Of a DNA stretch of 64,000 nt, positions 1 through 11,452 are shown one piece after another; position 1 is the stretch's first letter, and each line of letters begins with the position of its first letter. Both the position numbers and the translations under genes were made by a program. The notes below the pieces were generated by a model that did not search any database, had not been told where the DNA came from, and was given only the letters and a program-made list of their open reading frames with translations. Location of the stretch: assembly GCF_054482525.1 (NCBI RefSeq), contig NZ_CM137006.1. One strand, written 5' to 3'.

Positions 1-1014
1 TTTCTCGCCTAATAACGGACTGGCTTTACACCCTTCCGGCACTACCGGTAACGAGCCAAACCAGGCCGCCACATCACCCTGCACTTTTGGCGTTAATGAC
101 CAGTTCATCCATTTGTAGGCGCAAACCGGATGTTTCGCTTCGCTATGTAGCATGGTGGTGTCAGCCCAACCGGTAACGCCCTCTTTCGGGAAAACGGTAG
201 CGACAGGCTGGCCTTCGGCTTTCAGGGCGTTGGCCTGATAGGGCCAGGCACTGGATGCAACCACACCCTCGTTTTTGAAATCGCTCATTTGTACGGTAGT
301 GTCATGCCAGTAGCGATGGATCAAACTATGTTGATCGCGCAGCACTTTCAGCACCGCCTGGTACTGTTCTTCGGTGAGTTGATACGGATCGCTGATGCCC
401 AACTGCGGCTGAGTGGCTTTAACGAACAACGCAGCGTCCGCAATGTAGATAGGGCCATCATAGGCCTGTACGCGGCCTTTATTGCTCTTGCCGTCCGGCA
501 GATTCTGCTCAACAAAAACCACTTGCCAGCTATCCGGCGGCGTCGGGAAGGTTTTAGTGTTGTACATCAACAGGTTCGGCCCCCATTGATAAGGTGTGCC
601 ATAAACTTTGCCACTAACGTTAAACCAGTCGCCTTTAACCACGCGCGGATCGAGCGTTTTCCAGTTGGGAATCAATGCGGTATTAATCGGCTGCACGCGT
701 TTACCCATAATCAAACGCAGCGAGGCATCGCCGGATGCCGTAACCAGATCGTAACCCCCTTTGGTCATCAGACTGACCATTTCATCGGAAGTCGCGGCGG
801 TTTTCACATTCACCGCGCAGCCTGTCTCTTTTTCGAACTGCGTTACCCAGTCGTATTGTTTATCAGTTTGTCCGCGTTCGATGTATCCCGGCCAGGCGAT
901 AATATCCAGTCGCCCTTCCGGTTTATCTAAATTGGTAGGCGGTTCGGCGGCATGAGCGGTGATTATTGTCATGGTGAGCGCACACAGGCTGCTGCGGGCA
1001 AATGTCTTGCTCAT
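1..1014 (-). CDS. ydcS: Periplasmic solute-binding protein of a putative polyamine ABC transporter; 5' part only, 3' end lies beyond the window start
   Basis: Minus-strand reading from the ATG at 1014 gives MSKTFARSSLCALTMTIITAHAAEPPTNLDKPEGRLDIIAWPGY..., a signal peptide plus binding-protein fold; open to the window edge. Confidence 0.85.
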   Translation of the reverse strand, partial: MSKTFARSSLCALTMTIITAHAAEPPTNLDKPEGRLDIIAWPGYIERGQTDKQYDWVTQFEKETGCAVNVKTAATSDEMVSLMTKGGYDLVTASGDASLRLIMGKRVQPINTALIPNWKTLDPRVVKGDWFNVSGKVYGTPYQWGPNLLMYNTKTFPTPPDSWQVVFVEQNLPDGKSNKGRVQAYDGPIYIADAALFVKATQPQLGISDPYQLTEEQYQAVLKVLRDQHSLIHRYWHDTTVQMSDFKNEGVVASSAWPYQANALKAEGQPVATVFPKEGVTGWADTTMLHSEAKHPVCAYKWMNWSLTPKVQGDVAAWFGSLPVVPEGCKASPLLGEK

Positions 1015-1258
1015 AAGGTTTTACTCCTGTCGTAATTAATTGTTCAGCCGCCGTGCCGTAAAAATATCTCCTTGTTTAACCATAGACGGCGGCTTGCAGG
1101 CACACCTTCGCCCCTGAGAAAATTTAATCAGGTTGTGAGCTACCGCGCATTATGCCGTCTGTAAGGTTATCTTCTGGAGTATAGACAAGGAGTTAGGAAA
1201 TATGACTGCTATTCGAAATTCATATTACCCAACCTGAGAGGAATTTAATTAAACGCTA

Positions 1259-2665
1259 TTACAGCCGTTCTTGAATAAGTGTGCCTAATTGTTTTACCGC
1301 CTGTTCTTCACGTTCTCCCCACTGCCACGCGGTATTAAAACGGAAAAAACGTGACCAGTTTTCACCGGTAGAAAACATTTTACCCGGCGCAATACTGATA
1401 TGATGCGTCAGTGCCGCCAGGCTTAATTCGCCCGCATCTAACGGCTCGGGGAGCTCCAGCCAGAGAAAATAACCGCTGTCATTATGATGAATTTTCACTT
1501 CCGCAGGCAGATAACGCAGCAGTGCCTGCCAGGCACGTTGTTTACGTTCCGCAAGCTGGCGACGCAGGCGACGAAGATGGGCGTCGTAACGGCGCGTGGA
1601 AAGGTAATCCACCAGCGCAAGCTGCATCGGTGAGCTGGTGGAAAGCGTACTCATCAACTGCAAGCGTTGAATTTTACGTGCATGTTTTCCGGCGGCGACC
1701 CAACCAATACGAAAACCAGGCACCAGACATTTCGAAAACGAAGAGCAATGCAAAACGCCATCGTGGCGATCCCACGCTTTCGCAGGCAGCGGTTTTTCCC
1801 GTCCAAAATAAAGTTCGCTGTACACGTCATCTTCAATCAGCGTTACGTTGTACTGATTGAGCAACGCTACCAGCCGCGCTTTTTTCTGCGGCGTTAAGGT
1901 AAATCCGAGTGGATTCTGGCTATTAGTCATCAGCCAGCACGCTTTCACCGGATACTCCTGCAACGCCAGTTCCAGCGCCTTGAGATCAATCCCTTCGTTA
2001 ACATCCGTCGCCACCGATAACGCCTTCAGCCGTAACCGCTCCAGCGCCTGCAACGCGCCGTAGAAACAAGGATTCTCTACTATCACCCAATCGCCCGGTT
2101 CAGTGACCGCTTGCAAACTGAGGTTTAATGCCTCTAACGCCCCGGCGGTGATGACAATTTCATCAGGAGAAATAGTAATGCCCTGTAAGGCATAGCGACG
2201 AGCAATAGCCTGACGCAGTTCTGCGTTTCCTGGCGGTAAGTTTTCAATCACGCTCATCGCCGTGGCGGTTTTGCTTACCTGCGCCAGCGAGCGGTTTAGT
2301 TGTTGGAGGGGGAAAAGTCGCGGGTCGGGAAAGGCCGAGGCAAACGGAACTACCGACGGATCGCGACTGGCCTGCAACATATCAAAAATATAGGTGTTGA
2401 TATCGACTGCTTCATCTCGAGTGACTGGAATGACTGGCGCTTTCGGCATTTTTATTGCCTGTGGCGCAACGTAATAACCCGACTGCGGTCGCGCGATAAT
2501 ATATCCCTGACTTTCGAGCAACTGATAGGCATGGCTGACAGTCATAAAGCTCATGCCAGAAAGCGCCACCTGGTCACGCAACGAAGGCAAACGATCGCCA
2601 GGTTGCCAGATACCCGACGCAATCTGCTCGCGTAATTGTTCTGCAAGCTGCTGGTATTTTTTCAT
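1259..2665 (-). CDS. ydcR: MocR-like GntR-family regulator with fused aminotransferase domain
   Basis: 468-aa ORF; N-terminal GntR helix-turn-helix region followed by a fold-type I PLP aminotransferase-like domain. Confidence 0.9.
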   Translation of the reverse strand: MKKYQQLAEQLREQIASGIWQPGDRLPSLRDQVALSGMSFMTVSHAYQLLESQGYIIARPQSGYYVAPQAIKMPKAPVIPVTRDEAVDINTYIFDMLQASRDPSVVPFASAFPDPRLFPLQQLNRSLAQVSKTATAMSVIENLPPGNAELRQAIARRYALQGITISPDEIVITAGALEALNLSLQAVTEPGDWVIVENPCFYGALQALERLRLKALSVATDVNEGIDLKALELALQEYPVKACWLMTNSQNPLGFTLTPQKKARLVALLNQYNVTLIEDDVYSELYFGREKPLPAKAWDRHDGVLHCSSFSKCLVPGFRIGWVAAGKHARKIQRLQLMSTLSTSSPMQLALVDYLSTRRYDAHLRRLRRQLAERKQRAWQALLRYLPAEVKIHHNDSGYFLWLELPEPLDAGELSLAALTHHISIAPGKMFSTGENWSRFFRFNTAWQWGEREEQAVKQLGTLIQERL

Positions 2666-2743
2666 TATCGAATCGTTATTATGTGCAGGTGATTCGGCAG
2701 TCTATATCAGTTGTTAAAAATGACAACTTTTCATAAACTGTTA

Positions 2744-3181
<438 letters not shown>

Positions 3182-3205
3182 GTCATTAACCTTTTTAATT
3201 GGCGA

Positions 3206-3382
3206 TTAACTCAAACCGAGTTGTTTCAGAATAGCTTTATGCAAGGGTTCTTTAATCTCTTCGCTGGGGAGACGCGGCATGACACTGCGCCTCCCGTGAA
3301 AACTGAGTTTTAAATGGTTGCTGCCATTCGCTACATCGACGCCCTGAGATTCGAGCCAACGTCTGAACTCGCTTTGTTTCAC
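3206..3382 (-). CDS. hicA: HicA mRNA-interferase toxin, GTG start
   Basis: Not in the ORF track (58 aa, GTG start). Hand translation of the reverse complement: VKQSEFRRWLESQGVDVANGSNHLKLSFHGRRSVMPRLPSEEIKEPLHKAILKQLGLS, stop at 3206-3208. Confidence 0.85.
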   Translation of the reverse strand: MKQSEFRRWLESQGVDVANGSNHLKLSFHGRRSVMPRLPSEEIKEPLHKAILKQLGLS

Positions 3383-3603
3383 ATCGCCTCCCTGCCGCTG
3401 AGTATATCAACAAAGTAAACATTAGTGTTTACCTCCGTATGTAATTTGCTCGAAAATAGCACTTAATCGCCGCAACGGCAGAATGCAATGCAAAATCAGG
3501 AAGGAAGATTCCAGAATTTCTTTGCGCTAATTTGCAAAACTGAATAAGAACCTCAAGAAACGATCGGCATCATAGCGGCAAAAGGTGAGAAAAAGGTGGC
3601 GGG

Positions 3604-3834
3604 ATGTTTACGAAGGCGTTATCGGTTGTCTTATTAACGTGTGCGCTGTTCTCAGGACAACTCATGGCAGGGCACAAAGGACATGAATTTATGTGGGTAA
3701 AGAATGTGGATCATCAGCTACGTCATGAAGCGGACAGCGATGAATTGCGTGCCGTGGCGGAAGAGTCGGCGGAAGGTTTGCGCGAGCATTTTTACTGGCA
3801 AAAATCGCGCAAACCAGAAGCGGGACAACGTTAA
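3604..3834 (+). CDS. yncJ: Small secreted protein of unknown function (DUF2554)
   Basis: 76-aa ORF with N-terminal signal-peptide-like segment MFTKALSVVLLTCALFSGQLMA. Confidence 0.8.
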   Translation: MFTKALSVVLLTCALFSGQLMAGHKGHEFMWVKNVDHQLRHEADSDELRAVAEESAEGLREHFYWQKSRKPEAGQR

Positions 3835-3844
3835 GTCGTTTGAT

Positions 3845-3875
3845 GCCGGATGCGGCGTAACGCCTTACCCGGCAG
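3845..3875. repeat. REP (repetitive extragenic palindromic) element
   Basis: gccggatgcggcgtaacgccttacccggc closely matches the E. coli REP consensus GCCGGATGCGGCGTGAACGCCTTATCCGGCCTAC; lies between convergent yncJ and ydcP. Confidence 0.7.
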
Positions 3876-3925
3876 GCAATATCATGCAGATTCAATAAGT
3901 TGTGAGTAACCAGAAAACTGGCGTT

Positions 3926-5887
3926 TTACCCTTTTCGCTTCGGCAATGTTTTCAGCAGCTCATCCGGACTTACGGATGCCACTACGCTTCCCGGTAACGG
4001 CATTTTCAGTATGTGATTTTTGATTTTGCCAATGACGTGCATCTCGCATGGGCGGCAATCAAACTTTAGCGTTAATACTTCATCGCCGTTAACCAGTTGC
4101 ATTGGCGTCGCCTTCCAGCTTTTGATATTGCCTTTCGCCTGTTTCGGGCACAGATTAAAGGCAAAGCGCAGACAATGCTTGGTGATCATCACCGGGACTT
4201 CGCCCTTCTCTTCATGTGCCTCATACGCCGCGTCAATCAGCTGCACACCATAGCGATGATAAAATTCACGCGCTTTCTGGTTGTATACGTTCGCGAGGAA
4301 ACTCAGATGCGTTTGCGGATAAACCGGCGCAGGATCAGCAACCGGTTTACGGCTGCCCCGCTGGTAACTGGCAAGACGTGCAGCATCCAGCATGTCGGCG
4401 GCTTCACGGCGGAACTGGTTTAACAGACTGTTTGATACAAACAGCGCACCCGGCAAATTAATTTGCACATCGCGGGCGTAATAGATGGTTTGCCCCAGTT
4501 TTGCCAGACCATCCTTTAGATTGTTCATTGCTTTTTCGGCGTTATTGGCTTCGTCGAAATGCCCGTCCAGCGTATGCGTGATGCTGACACCCTCTTCACT
4601 GGTGAGGGTCAGAATCAGTTGTTCCTGCCAGCCGCCCAGTTCAATGTCTACCGCCACCCGACGTTCGCTGGATGTTTTTGTCAGTGCCTGCTGCCAGTTA
4701 TGATCAAGATTACGGTTTAGTGGGTGATGCGGGCGAATTTTGTGCAACTCTGCTGGCATTTCATTGGGCCAGACGCGGTACTGATTTTCTCCGGTTTTCT
4801 CGACCGTATTGGCACGAAAGCCGACGACTTCACGTTTAATCATCACGTTCAGGCCATCGCCATTTGCCAGTGGTTCGGAAACGGCAACATCGAGATGATC
4901 TTTCGCCACTTTCAATACTTCACCCACCGGCAGGCCGATAAATTTCGGCGAATCGAACGCGCCAATATCGCCTTTACGGGCATTCACAAAATAATCTGTG
5001 CTACCACGGTTGAAAGTCTTTTCCGTCGATGGAACAAAGAAATGTTCAGTACGACCTGATGAAGCACGCGCCAGATCGCCACGTTCTTCAATAATGGCAT
5101 CCAGCATTTGGCGATAATGCGCGGTGATATTCTTCACGTAGCTCATATCTTTGTAACGCCCTTCAATCTTGAAGGAGCGTACGCCAGCATCAATCAGCGC
5201 GCCGAGGTTGGCAGTCTGATCGTTATCTTTCATCGACAGCAGATGTTTTTCATAGGAAACCACCCGCCCCTGATCGTCTTTCAATGTGTATGGCAAACGG
5301 CACGCCTGCGAGCAATCGCCACGGTTGGCGCTACGCCCTGTTTGCGCATGAGAAATGTAGCACTGACCCGAATAGGCCACGCACAGTGCGCCATGAATAA
5401 AGAATTCAATGGTCGCGTCCGTGGCCTGGTGAATCGCGCGGATCTGCTCAAGATTCAGCTCTCGCGCCAGCACAATCTGCGTAAAGCCAACATCAGAGAG
5501 GAACTTCGCTTTTTCGACTGTACGAATATCGCACTGCGTACTGGCGTGCAGTTCAATCGGCGGAATATCAAGTTCCAGAATCCCCATATCCTGAACAATC
5601 AGCGCATCGACGCCGGTCTGGTAGAGGTTGGTAATCAGCCGTTGCGCAGGTTCCAGCTCATCATCATGCAAAATGGTGTTAAGCGTGACAAAAATTTTTG
5701 CACCATAACGATGGGCAAACGGCACCAGTTCGGCAATATCTTTCAGGCTATTACTGGCATTATGACGGGCACCAAAACCAGGGCCGCCGATATAAACAGC
5801 ATCGGCACCGTGCAAAATAGCTTCGCGGGCAATGGCGGCATCGCGTGCCGGGCTTAACAGTTCAAGTCGATGAGAAGATACGGTCAC
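3926..5887 (-). CDS. ydcP: Peptidase U32-family protein (23S rRNA 5-hydroxycytidine synthase RlhA)
   Basis: Track ORF 3926..5929 (667 aa). The 653-aa form I recall for K-12 starts at the in-frame GTG at 5887 (VTVSSHRLELLSPARDAAIAREAILHGADAVYIGGPGF...). Confidence 0.85.
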   Translation of the reverse strand: MTVSSHRLELLSPARDAAIAREAILHGADAVYIGGPGFGARHNASNSLKDIAELVPFAHRYGAKIFVTLNTILHDDELEPAQRLITNLYQTGVDALIVQDMGILELDIPPIELHASTQCDIRTVEKAKFLSDVGFTQIVLARELNLEQIRAIHQATDATIEFFIHGALCVAYSGQCYISHAQTGRSANRGDCSQACRLPYTLKDDQGRVVSYEKHLLSMKDNDQTANLGALIDAGVRSFKIEGRYKDMSYVKNITAHYRQMLDAIIEERGDLARASSGRTEHFFVPSTEKTFNRGSTDYFVNARKGDIGAFDSPKFIGLPVGEVLKVAKDHLDVAVSEPLANGDGLNVMIKREVVGFRANTVEKTGENQYRVWPNEMPAELHKIRPHHPLNRNLDHNWQQALTKTSSERRVAVDIELGGWQEQLILTLTSEEGVSITHTLDGHFDEANNAEKAMNNLKDGLAKLGQTIYYARDVQINLPGALFVSNSLLNQFRREAADMLDAARLASYQRGSRKPVADPAPVYPQTHLSFLANVYNQKAREFYHRYGVQLIDAAYEAHEEKGEVPVMITKHCLRFAFNLCPKQAKGNIKSWKATPMQLVNGDEVLTLKFDCRPCEMHVIGKIKNHILKMPLPGSVVASVSPDELLKTLPKRKG

Positions 5888-5959
5888 ATTCTTATCCAGT
5901 AGCTGAAAAATGGCGGCTATTTTAGCCACAAGCGCGACGTTGCGAAATAGTTTTCCCGC

Positions 5960-6496
5960 TTAACTGCGTGGGTAATGGATGAGAGAATGAAAATGTACGA
6001 TTTGCTCCCCACCATTACGATAGATATGCGTAACGTCTGCAGCAAATCGAGCGCCTTCTCCACAATTAAGGCTCTGCCATTCACCATCAACGCACAGATC
6101 AAGTTGCCCATCAATGACGACAACATGTTCGATTACTCCCTTCTCATGGGGCGTCGATTCACTTAATGCACCTGGTGCCATCTGAATCGAGAAGTGTTCA
6201 AAGCAGAGTTGTGGATCATAAGGAAACAGTGAAGTGATCACCATCGCCTGCTGTTGCGGATCATAAACTGAAGGCGTATCGGACTGCGGCGGAGAAATAA
6301 ATGTCGAAAATGGCACGTTCAACCCGGTGGCAATTTTCCATAATGTCGCGACCGTCGGGCTGGACTCATTACGCTCAATCTGCCCTAACATCGCTTTAGA
6401 AACGCCCGTCGCTTCTGCCAGTCGCGAAAGACTCCAGCCGCGCTGCTGACGTAGCTGTTTAAGTGTGGTGGATAAAAAGCGAGTGAGATTTTCCAT
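5960..6496 (-). CDS. ydcN: XRE-family HTH transcriptional regulator with C-terminal cupin domain
   Basis: 178-aa ORF MENLTRFLSTTLKQLRQQRGWSLSRLAEATGVSKAMLGQIERNESSPTV... (HTH) followed by a cupin-like C-terminus. Confidence 0.85.
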   Translation of the reverse strand: MENLTRFLSTTLKQLRQQRGWSLSRLAEATGVSKAMLGQIERNESSPTVATLWKIATGLNVPFSTFISPPQSDTPSVYDPQQQAMVITSLFPYDPQLCFEHFSIQMAPGALSESTPHEKGVIEHVVVIDGQLDLCVDGEWQSLNCGEGARFAADVTHIYRNGGEQIVHFHSLIHYPRS

Positions 6497-6587
6497 GTGA
6501 CTCCTCCGGCAAAGCGGAAGTTTATCACTTGTGCGTTATAACGGACAAATGCTACGGTGCCTGTACGCTATAACGCACGAGGTGACC

Positions 6588-7760
6588 ATGCGTCTGTTTT
6601 CTATTCCTCCACCCACGCTACTGGCGGGGTTTCTGGCGGTATTAATTGGCTACGCCAGTTCAGCGGCAATAATCTGGCAAGCAGCGATTGTCGCCGGAGC
6701 CACCACTGCACAAATCTCTGGCTGGATGACGGCGCTGGGGCTGGCAATGGGCGTCAGTACGCTGGCTCTGACATTATGGTATCGCGTACCTGTTCTCACC
6801 ACATGGTCAACGCCTGGCGCGGCTTTGTTGGTCACCGGATTACAGGGACTAACACTTAACGAAGCCATCGGCGTTTTTATTGTCACCAACGCGTTAATAG
6901 TCCTCTGCGGCATAACGGGACTCTTTGCTCGTCTGATGCGCATTATTCCGCACTCGCTTGCGGCGGCAATGCTTGCCGGGATTTTATTACGCTTTGGTTT
7001 ACAGGCGTTTGCCAGTCTGGATGGTCAATTTACGTTGTGTGGCAGTATGTTGCTGGTATGGCTGGCAACCAGGGCCGTTGCGCCGCGCTATGCGGTAATT
7101 GCCGCGATGATTATTGGGATCGTGATCGTTATCGCGCAAGGTGACGTTGTCACAACTGATGTTGTCTTTAAACCCGTTCTCCCCACTTATATTACCCCTG
7201 ATTTTTCGTTTGCTCACAGCCTGAGCGTTGCACTCCCCCTTTTTCTGGTGACGATGGCATCGCAAAACGCACCGGGTATCGCAGCAATGAAAGCAGCTGG
7301 ATATTCGGCTCCTGTTTCGCCATTAATTGTATTTACTGGATTGCTGGCACTGGTTTTTTCCCCTTTCGGCGTTTATTCCGTCGGCATTGCGGCAATCACC
7401 GCGGCTATTTGCCAAAGCCCGGAAGCGCATCCGGATAAAGATCAACGTTGGCTGGCAGCTGCCGTTGCCGGCATTTTCTATTTGCTCGCAGGTCTGTTTG
7501 GTAGTGCCATTACCGGGATGATGGCTGCCCTGCCCGTAAGTTGGATCCAGATGCTGGCAGGTCTGGCGCTGTTGAGTACCATTGGCGGCAGTTTGTATCA
7601 GGCGCTGCATAATGAGCGTGAGCGCGACGCGGCGGTGGTGGCATTTCTGGTAACGGCAAGTGGATTGACGCTGTTCGGGATTGGTTCTGCGTTTTGGGGA
7701 TTAATTGCCGGAGGCGTTTGTTACGTGGTGTTGAATTTAATCGCTGACAGAAACCGATAA
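6588..7760 (+). CDS. ydcO: BenE-family (benzoate-like) inner-membrane transporter
   Basis: Track ORF begins at GTG 6531; the 391-aa form starts at ATG 6588 (MRLFSIPPPTLLAGFLAVLIGYASS...). Polytopic hydrophobic protein. Confidence 0.85.
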   Translation: MRLFSIPPPTLLAGFLAVLIGYASSAAIIWQAAIVAGATTAQISGWMTALGLAMGVSTLALTLWYRVPVLTTWSTPGAALLVTGLQGLTLNEAIGVFIVTNALIVLCGITGLFARLMRIIPHSLAAAMLAGILLRFGLQAFASLDGQFTLCGSMLLVWLATRAVAPRYAVIAAMIIGIVIVIAQGDVVTTDVVFKPVLPTYITPDFSFAHSLSVALPLFLVTMASQNAPGIAAMKAAGYSAPVSPLIVFTGLLALVFSPFGVYSVGIAAITAAICQSPEAHPDKDQRWLAAAVAGIFYLLAGLFGSAITGMMAALPVSWIQMLAGLALLSTIGGSLYQALHNERERDAAVVAFLVTASGLTLFGIGSAFWGLIAGGVCYVVLNLIADRNR

Positions 7761-7794
7761 TAAAAAGCGCCATCTAACGATGGCGCGTCTGGAA

Positions 7795-8463
7795 CTACTT
7801 TTTGTTAACGTCAAACATGGTGGCATCGGTCGCCATGTCATCAATAACTTGTTTAATATTTTCGAAAGCCATTGGCGTACTTTCGTTATTCAGGTCTTTA
7901 CCTTCGCCCTGACGAACGACTTTGATAACCGGTTTATTAGTCGCTGCATCAATCAGCTCACCTTCAAAATACAGGCGAGTATCCATGGTACGGTGGCCCG
8001 TCGCCATTTGCGTCCCCGCGACCACTAATGCGACAGGAACCACTTCATAGAATTGCAGCCCTTCTTTGCTGGTATCAACACCGGTAATGGCCCCACGGAA
8101 AATCAGACTACGCGGCCCAGCGGTGGTAACCAGTGGTTTACGCTGCGCTATCGCTTCTTTCATTTCGGTGTTGGTATAGTTCAAAATTTTATCCAGAACT
8201 TTCTGCCCTACCTGGGTTGAAGGTTTCGGTACCGGATAATAAGTGACTGGGTTCCAGACTATGCTGTCATATTTGCTTTGATCAAAACTCGGGTCTACCC
8301 AACGTAAAACAGGTTTACCTGTTGCTGAGGTTGTTTCTTTTAAATCAGAGTAATTGTTTAAAAAACCAGAATATTTATCTGGCTGGGTGATTTTAGAGGC
8401 ACAACCAGACAGAGCCAACAAGCCGCATAAAGCTGCAACTTTCGCAATTGATGTGGTACGCAT
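7795..8463 (-). CDS. ydcL: Lipoprotein (DUF3313)
   Basis: 222-aa ORF with lipobox MRTTSIAKVAALCGLLALSGC. Confidence 0.85.
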   Translation of the reverse strand: MRTTSIAKVAALCGLLALSGCASKITQPDKYSGFLNNYSDLKETTSATGKPVLRWVDPSFDQSKYDSIVWNPVTYYPVPKPSTQVGQKVLDKILNYTNTEMKEAIAQRKPLVTTAGPRSLIFRGAITGVDTSKEGLQFYEVVPVALVVAGTQMATGHRTMDTRLYFEGELIDAATNKPVIKVVRQGEGKDLNNESTPMAFENIKQVIDDMATDATMFDVNKK

Positions 8464-8561
8464 GAATAGTTTCCTGAGATGATTATATTACTTTCTAAGT
8501 TATAGCAAAAAGCGCCGCTTCGTGTTGTGGCAAAAAAAGTGTTGGTGAAAATAAATTTTTC

Positions 8562-8603
8562 AGCCCCTTTTCAGACGACATAGTCAATGCCGAAAAAGGG
8601 GCT
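8562..8603 (-). terminator. Putative terminator hairpin downstream of tehAB
   Basis: Inverted repeat agcccctttt / aaaaggggct with ~20-nt loop, flanked by A/T runs, about 160 nt below the tehB stop. Confidence 0.35.
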
Positions 8604-8765
8604 AAGTCAATCATCAGTAGTTAAATTTCAGTGAGTTAAGCGGCTAAAAAACTTCGACTACTGTGATTAATTTCACATCCCTTCGATAAAAAATATGCTT
8701 ACCGAAAAGAAGAACAGTAAACCATCTCAGCGTGGGGAATTTTCACGCGCTTTGTTCTTACCGGA

Positions 8766-9359
8766 TCATTTTTTACGTGCCAGCATCGTGGCGAAACGCA
8801 GTTTAATACGATTACCGTTGGCGTCGGTGCGGTGCAGCTCGCCGACGTCTTCATTGTATTTCACCCTCTCCCAGCCTTCGTAATATCGACGTAATTCTCC
8901 CTCTTTGAAGGCAAACGGGAAGCCGACGGTACATGGATAATCAGCGGTATCCATCGCCGCCACAATCAGGTTGTAACCGCCAGGTTTCGTGCAACGTTGC
9001 ATATTGGCAATCAGCCCTGGGATGGTTTTAGCCTCAAGGAACATCAGCACCACAGTCGAAATAATAAAATCGTACTGTCCATCAAATGTGAGGTTATTCA
9101 GATCAACGACCCGGGTGTGTAAATTATCCAGATTTTCAATGGACTTAATGCGCTCGACGTTGGCGATACTCATGGCATTTTTATCCCATGCGTCAACATC
9201 ATAACCATTGGCTGCCAGGTAAAGACTGTTACGACCATTGCCACAGCCCAGATCCAGCGTTTTACCCGGTTTAACCACTTTCACCGCTTCCAGCACTTCA
9301 GAGTGTGTGCGGGTTAATTCATATTTATCAGTAAAATAGTTTTCATCACGAATGATCAT
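8766..9359 (-). CDS. tehB: Tellurite methyltransferase (SAM-dependent)
   Basis: 197-aa ORF with SAM-binding motif [15 protein letters not shown]; start overlaps the tehA stop by 4 nt. Confidence 0.95.
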   Translation of the reverse strand: MIIRDENYFTDKYELTRTHSEVLEAVKVVKPGKTLDLGCGNGRNSLYLAANGYDVDAWDKNAMSIANVERIKSIENLDNLHTRVVDLNNLTFDGQYDFIISTVVLMFLEAKTIPGLIANMQRCTKPGGYNLIVAAMDTADYPCTVGFPFAFKEGELRRYYEGWERVKYNEDVGELHRTDANGNRIKLRFATMLARKK

Positions 9360-10348
9360 TCTTTGTCCTCTGCTTTCATTAAAACGGCGCGCTCGGTTCT
9401 GACTAACAATTTTCCCTGCATCAGAAGCGCAAAAGTACGGATGAGCAGTATTGCAATAATAAAATTGGTAAAGATAAACAGCGGCACCGCCAGCGTATGG
9501 AAAAATCCATTATCGCTGCCACTCCCCAGATGCAAACCGGTGGTTGCCAGTGCAGATACGCCGAACGAGAAACTCCAGAATGAAGCATTAAATGGCTGGG
9601 AGAGATACCATGGCATCAGACGTAGCATAAACAGCAGTTGCAGCAGTCCATAACCGAAAAGCATTTTCGCCAGCGTGTCACCCTCGCCGCCGTTGACGCT
9701 CAGCCAGGCACTACAGGCCACCAGCGCAGGAGCGAGCTGAATGCCGAGTGATGTCCGCAGCGCCGTGGGTAATTCTCCCGAACTGCGCAGACGCTGCAAG
9801 ATCACCGGTTCAAGGCTTAGCCATGAGAAAACGCCTGCGCCTAAAAACACCAGACCGGCGTCGGTGTAGCCCAACGCACCACAGGCCATTGCGCTGATAA
9901 AGTTGTTGGCAACTGTCGGCAGATACAGTCCAGGCGTGGTAGCTTCTTCAGGGTGAGATCCGCGCCATAATCCCGCAGTTTGCCATGCGGCATAAGCCAG
10001 TTGCACCACGACACCAAAACTGAACAGGCACACCGCCAGTGGGCGAAACCACGGAACAAAACCAATCGCCACCAACATCGTCGTTGCCGGAAACAAACTC
10101 ACAAAACTGCTCAGCACTGGATGGCGAACTTCCGCCAGCACGCTATGCGGAAAGCGTATGAGTCGGGTAATAAATGCGCTAGTTAATAATCCCCAGATGA
10201 TCATCGCCAGAATCACCAGCCCATCCCCTAACCAGTGGCTGACCTGCCAAACCTGGCTGGCATAGCGCCAGGCAAATCCCATCCCTATCGTCCCCAACAC
10301 AATACCAAAGTAGCCTGCCGGCAAATTGAGCACTTTATCGCTCTGCAT
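9356..10348 (-). CDS. tehA: Tellurite-resistance / C4-dicarboxylate-transporter-family membrane protein
   Basis: Track ORF extends to 10456; the 330-aa form starts at the internal ATG 10348 ([30 protein letters not shown]...). Confidence 0.9.
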   Translation of the reverse strand: MQSDKVLNLPAGYFGIVLGTIGMGFAWRYASQVWQVSHWLGDGLVILAMIIWGLLTSAFITRLIRFPHSVLAEVRHPVLSSFVSLFPATTMLVAIGFVPWFRPLAVCLFSFGVVVQLAYAAWQTAGLWRGSHPEEATTPGLYLPTVANNFISAMACGALGYTDAGLVFLGAGVFSWLSLEPVILQRLRSSGELPTALRTSLGIQLAPALVACSAWLSVNGGEGDTLAKMLFGYGLLQLLFMLRLMPWYLSQPFNASFWSFSFGVSALATTGLHLGSGSDNGFFHTLAVPLFIFTNFIIAILLIRTFALLMQGKLLVRTERAVLMKAEDKE

Positions 10349-10471
10349 CTTCTTACTCATTTTGTTTAATTTATAAAGTATATTTGAAATGCATTTTATG
10401 GAATTTTCTCGAGCATAGCCAGAGCCGCAGAATTTGCTACGGTTATAGTAAGTCACCTGTGAGAAAACGCT

Positions 10472-11452
10472 ATGCGCAAATATCGTCTAAGTGAAGAACA
10501 GCGAGCCTTTAGTTATCAGGAAGATGGCACTAAAAAAAGTGTGTTATTACGGCAGATTATCGCCATTAGCGATTTTAACGATGTGATAGCAGGAACCGCT
10601 GGCGGCTGGATCGATCGCGAAACGGTGTTAGCGCAGGAAGGAAATTGCTGGATTTACGACCAGAATGCTATTGCGTTCGGCGGAACGGTGATTTCCGGTA
10701 ATACGCGTATCACCGGCACCAGCGTACTGTGGGGAGAGGTTTACGCAACGGATAACGTCTGGATCGATAATAGTGAAATCAGCCAGGGTGCATATATAAG
10801 TGACAGCGTCACCATTCGTGACTCATTAGTTTGTGGTCAATGTAGAATATTTGGTCACGCCTTAATTGATCAACATTCTATGATCGTCGCCGCACAAGGC
10901 TTAACGCCCGACCATCAACTCCTGCTACAAATTTATGATCGCGCAAGGGTTAGCGCCTCGCGTATTGTCCACCAGGCACAAATTTATGGCGATGCCGTCG
11001 TCCGGTATGCTTTTATTGAACATCGCGCCGAAGTTTTTGATTTTGCCAGTGTTGAAGGTAATGAAGAGAACAACGTCTGGCTATGCGATTGCGCTAAAGT
11101 TTACGGTCACGCGCAGGTGAAAGCTGGCATAGAAGAAGATGCCATTCCGACGATTCATTACAGTTCACAGGTGGCGGAATATGCCATTGTGGAAGGTAAT
11201 TGTGTGTTAAAACATCATGTCTTGATTGGCGGAAGTGCTGTGGTACGTGGTGGACCGATTCTGCTCGACGAGCACGTTGTAATACAAGGTGAGAGCCGTA
11301 TTACAGGTGCGGTGATAATTGAAAACCATGTGGAGTTAACCGACCACGCCGTCGTTGAAGCCTTTGATGGCGACACGGTTCATGTCCGTGGTCCAAAAGT
11401 CATTAACGGCGAGGAGCGCATTACGCGAACGCCGCTGGCAGGGTTATTGTGA
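10472..11452 (+). CDS. ydcK: Left-handed beta-helix (hexapeptide-repeat) protein of unknown function
   Basis: 326-aa ORF with repeated hexapeptide-like segments; 3' end overlaps convergent rimL by 9 bp. Confidence 0.85.
   Translation: MRKYRLSEEQRAFSYQEDGTKKSVLLRQIIAISDFNDVIAGTAGGWIDRETVLAQEGNCWIYDQNAIAFGGTVISGNTRITGTSVLWGEVYATDNVWIDNSEISQGAYISDSVTIRDSLVCGQCRIFGHALIDQHSMIVAAQGLTPDHQLLLQIYDRARVSASRIVHQAQIYGDAVVRYAFIEHRAEVFDFASVEGNEENNVWLCDCAKVYGHAQVKAGIEEDAIPTIHYSSQVAEYAIVEGNCVLKHHVLIGGSAVVRGGPILLDEHVVIQGESRITGAVIIENHVELTDHAVVEAFDGDTVHVRGPKVINGEERITRTPLAGLL

Noticed and set aside
1411-1860. 149-aa plus-strand ORF
   Set aside because: Antisense within ydcR; Arg/Pro/Ala-rich translation; shadow ORF.
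5108-5857. 249-aa plus-strand ORF
   Set aside because: Antisense within ydcP/rlhA; no recognisable domain; hrpA-type shadow-ORF artefact.
6531-6587. Upstream extensions of track ORFs (ydcO here; also ydcI 15709, tehA 10456, paaE 45773, paaK 39952, paaH 43035, tynA 50609, ydbL 56196)
   Set aside because: The track reports the longest possible ORF; extensions overlap the neighbouring gene or lack protein-like composition, and internal Met starts give the expected protein lengths.
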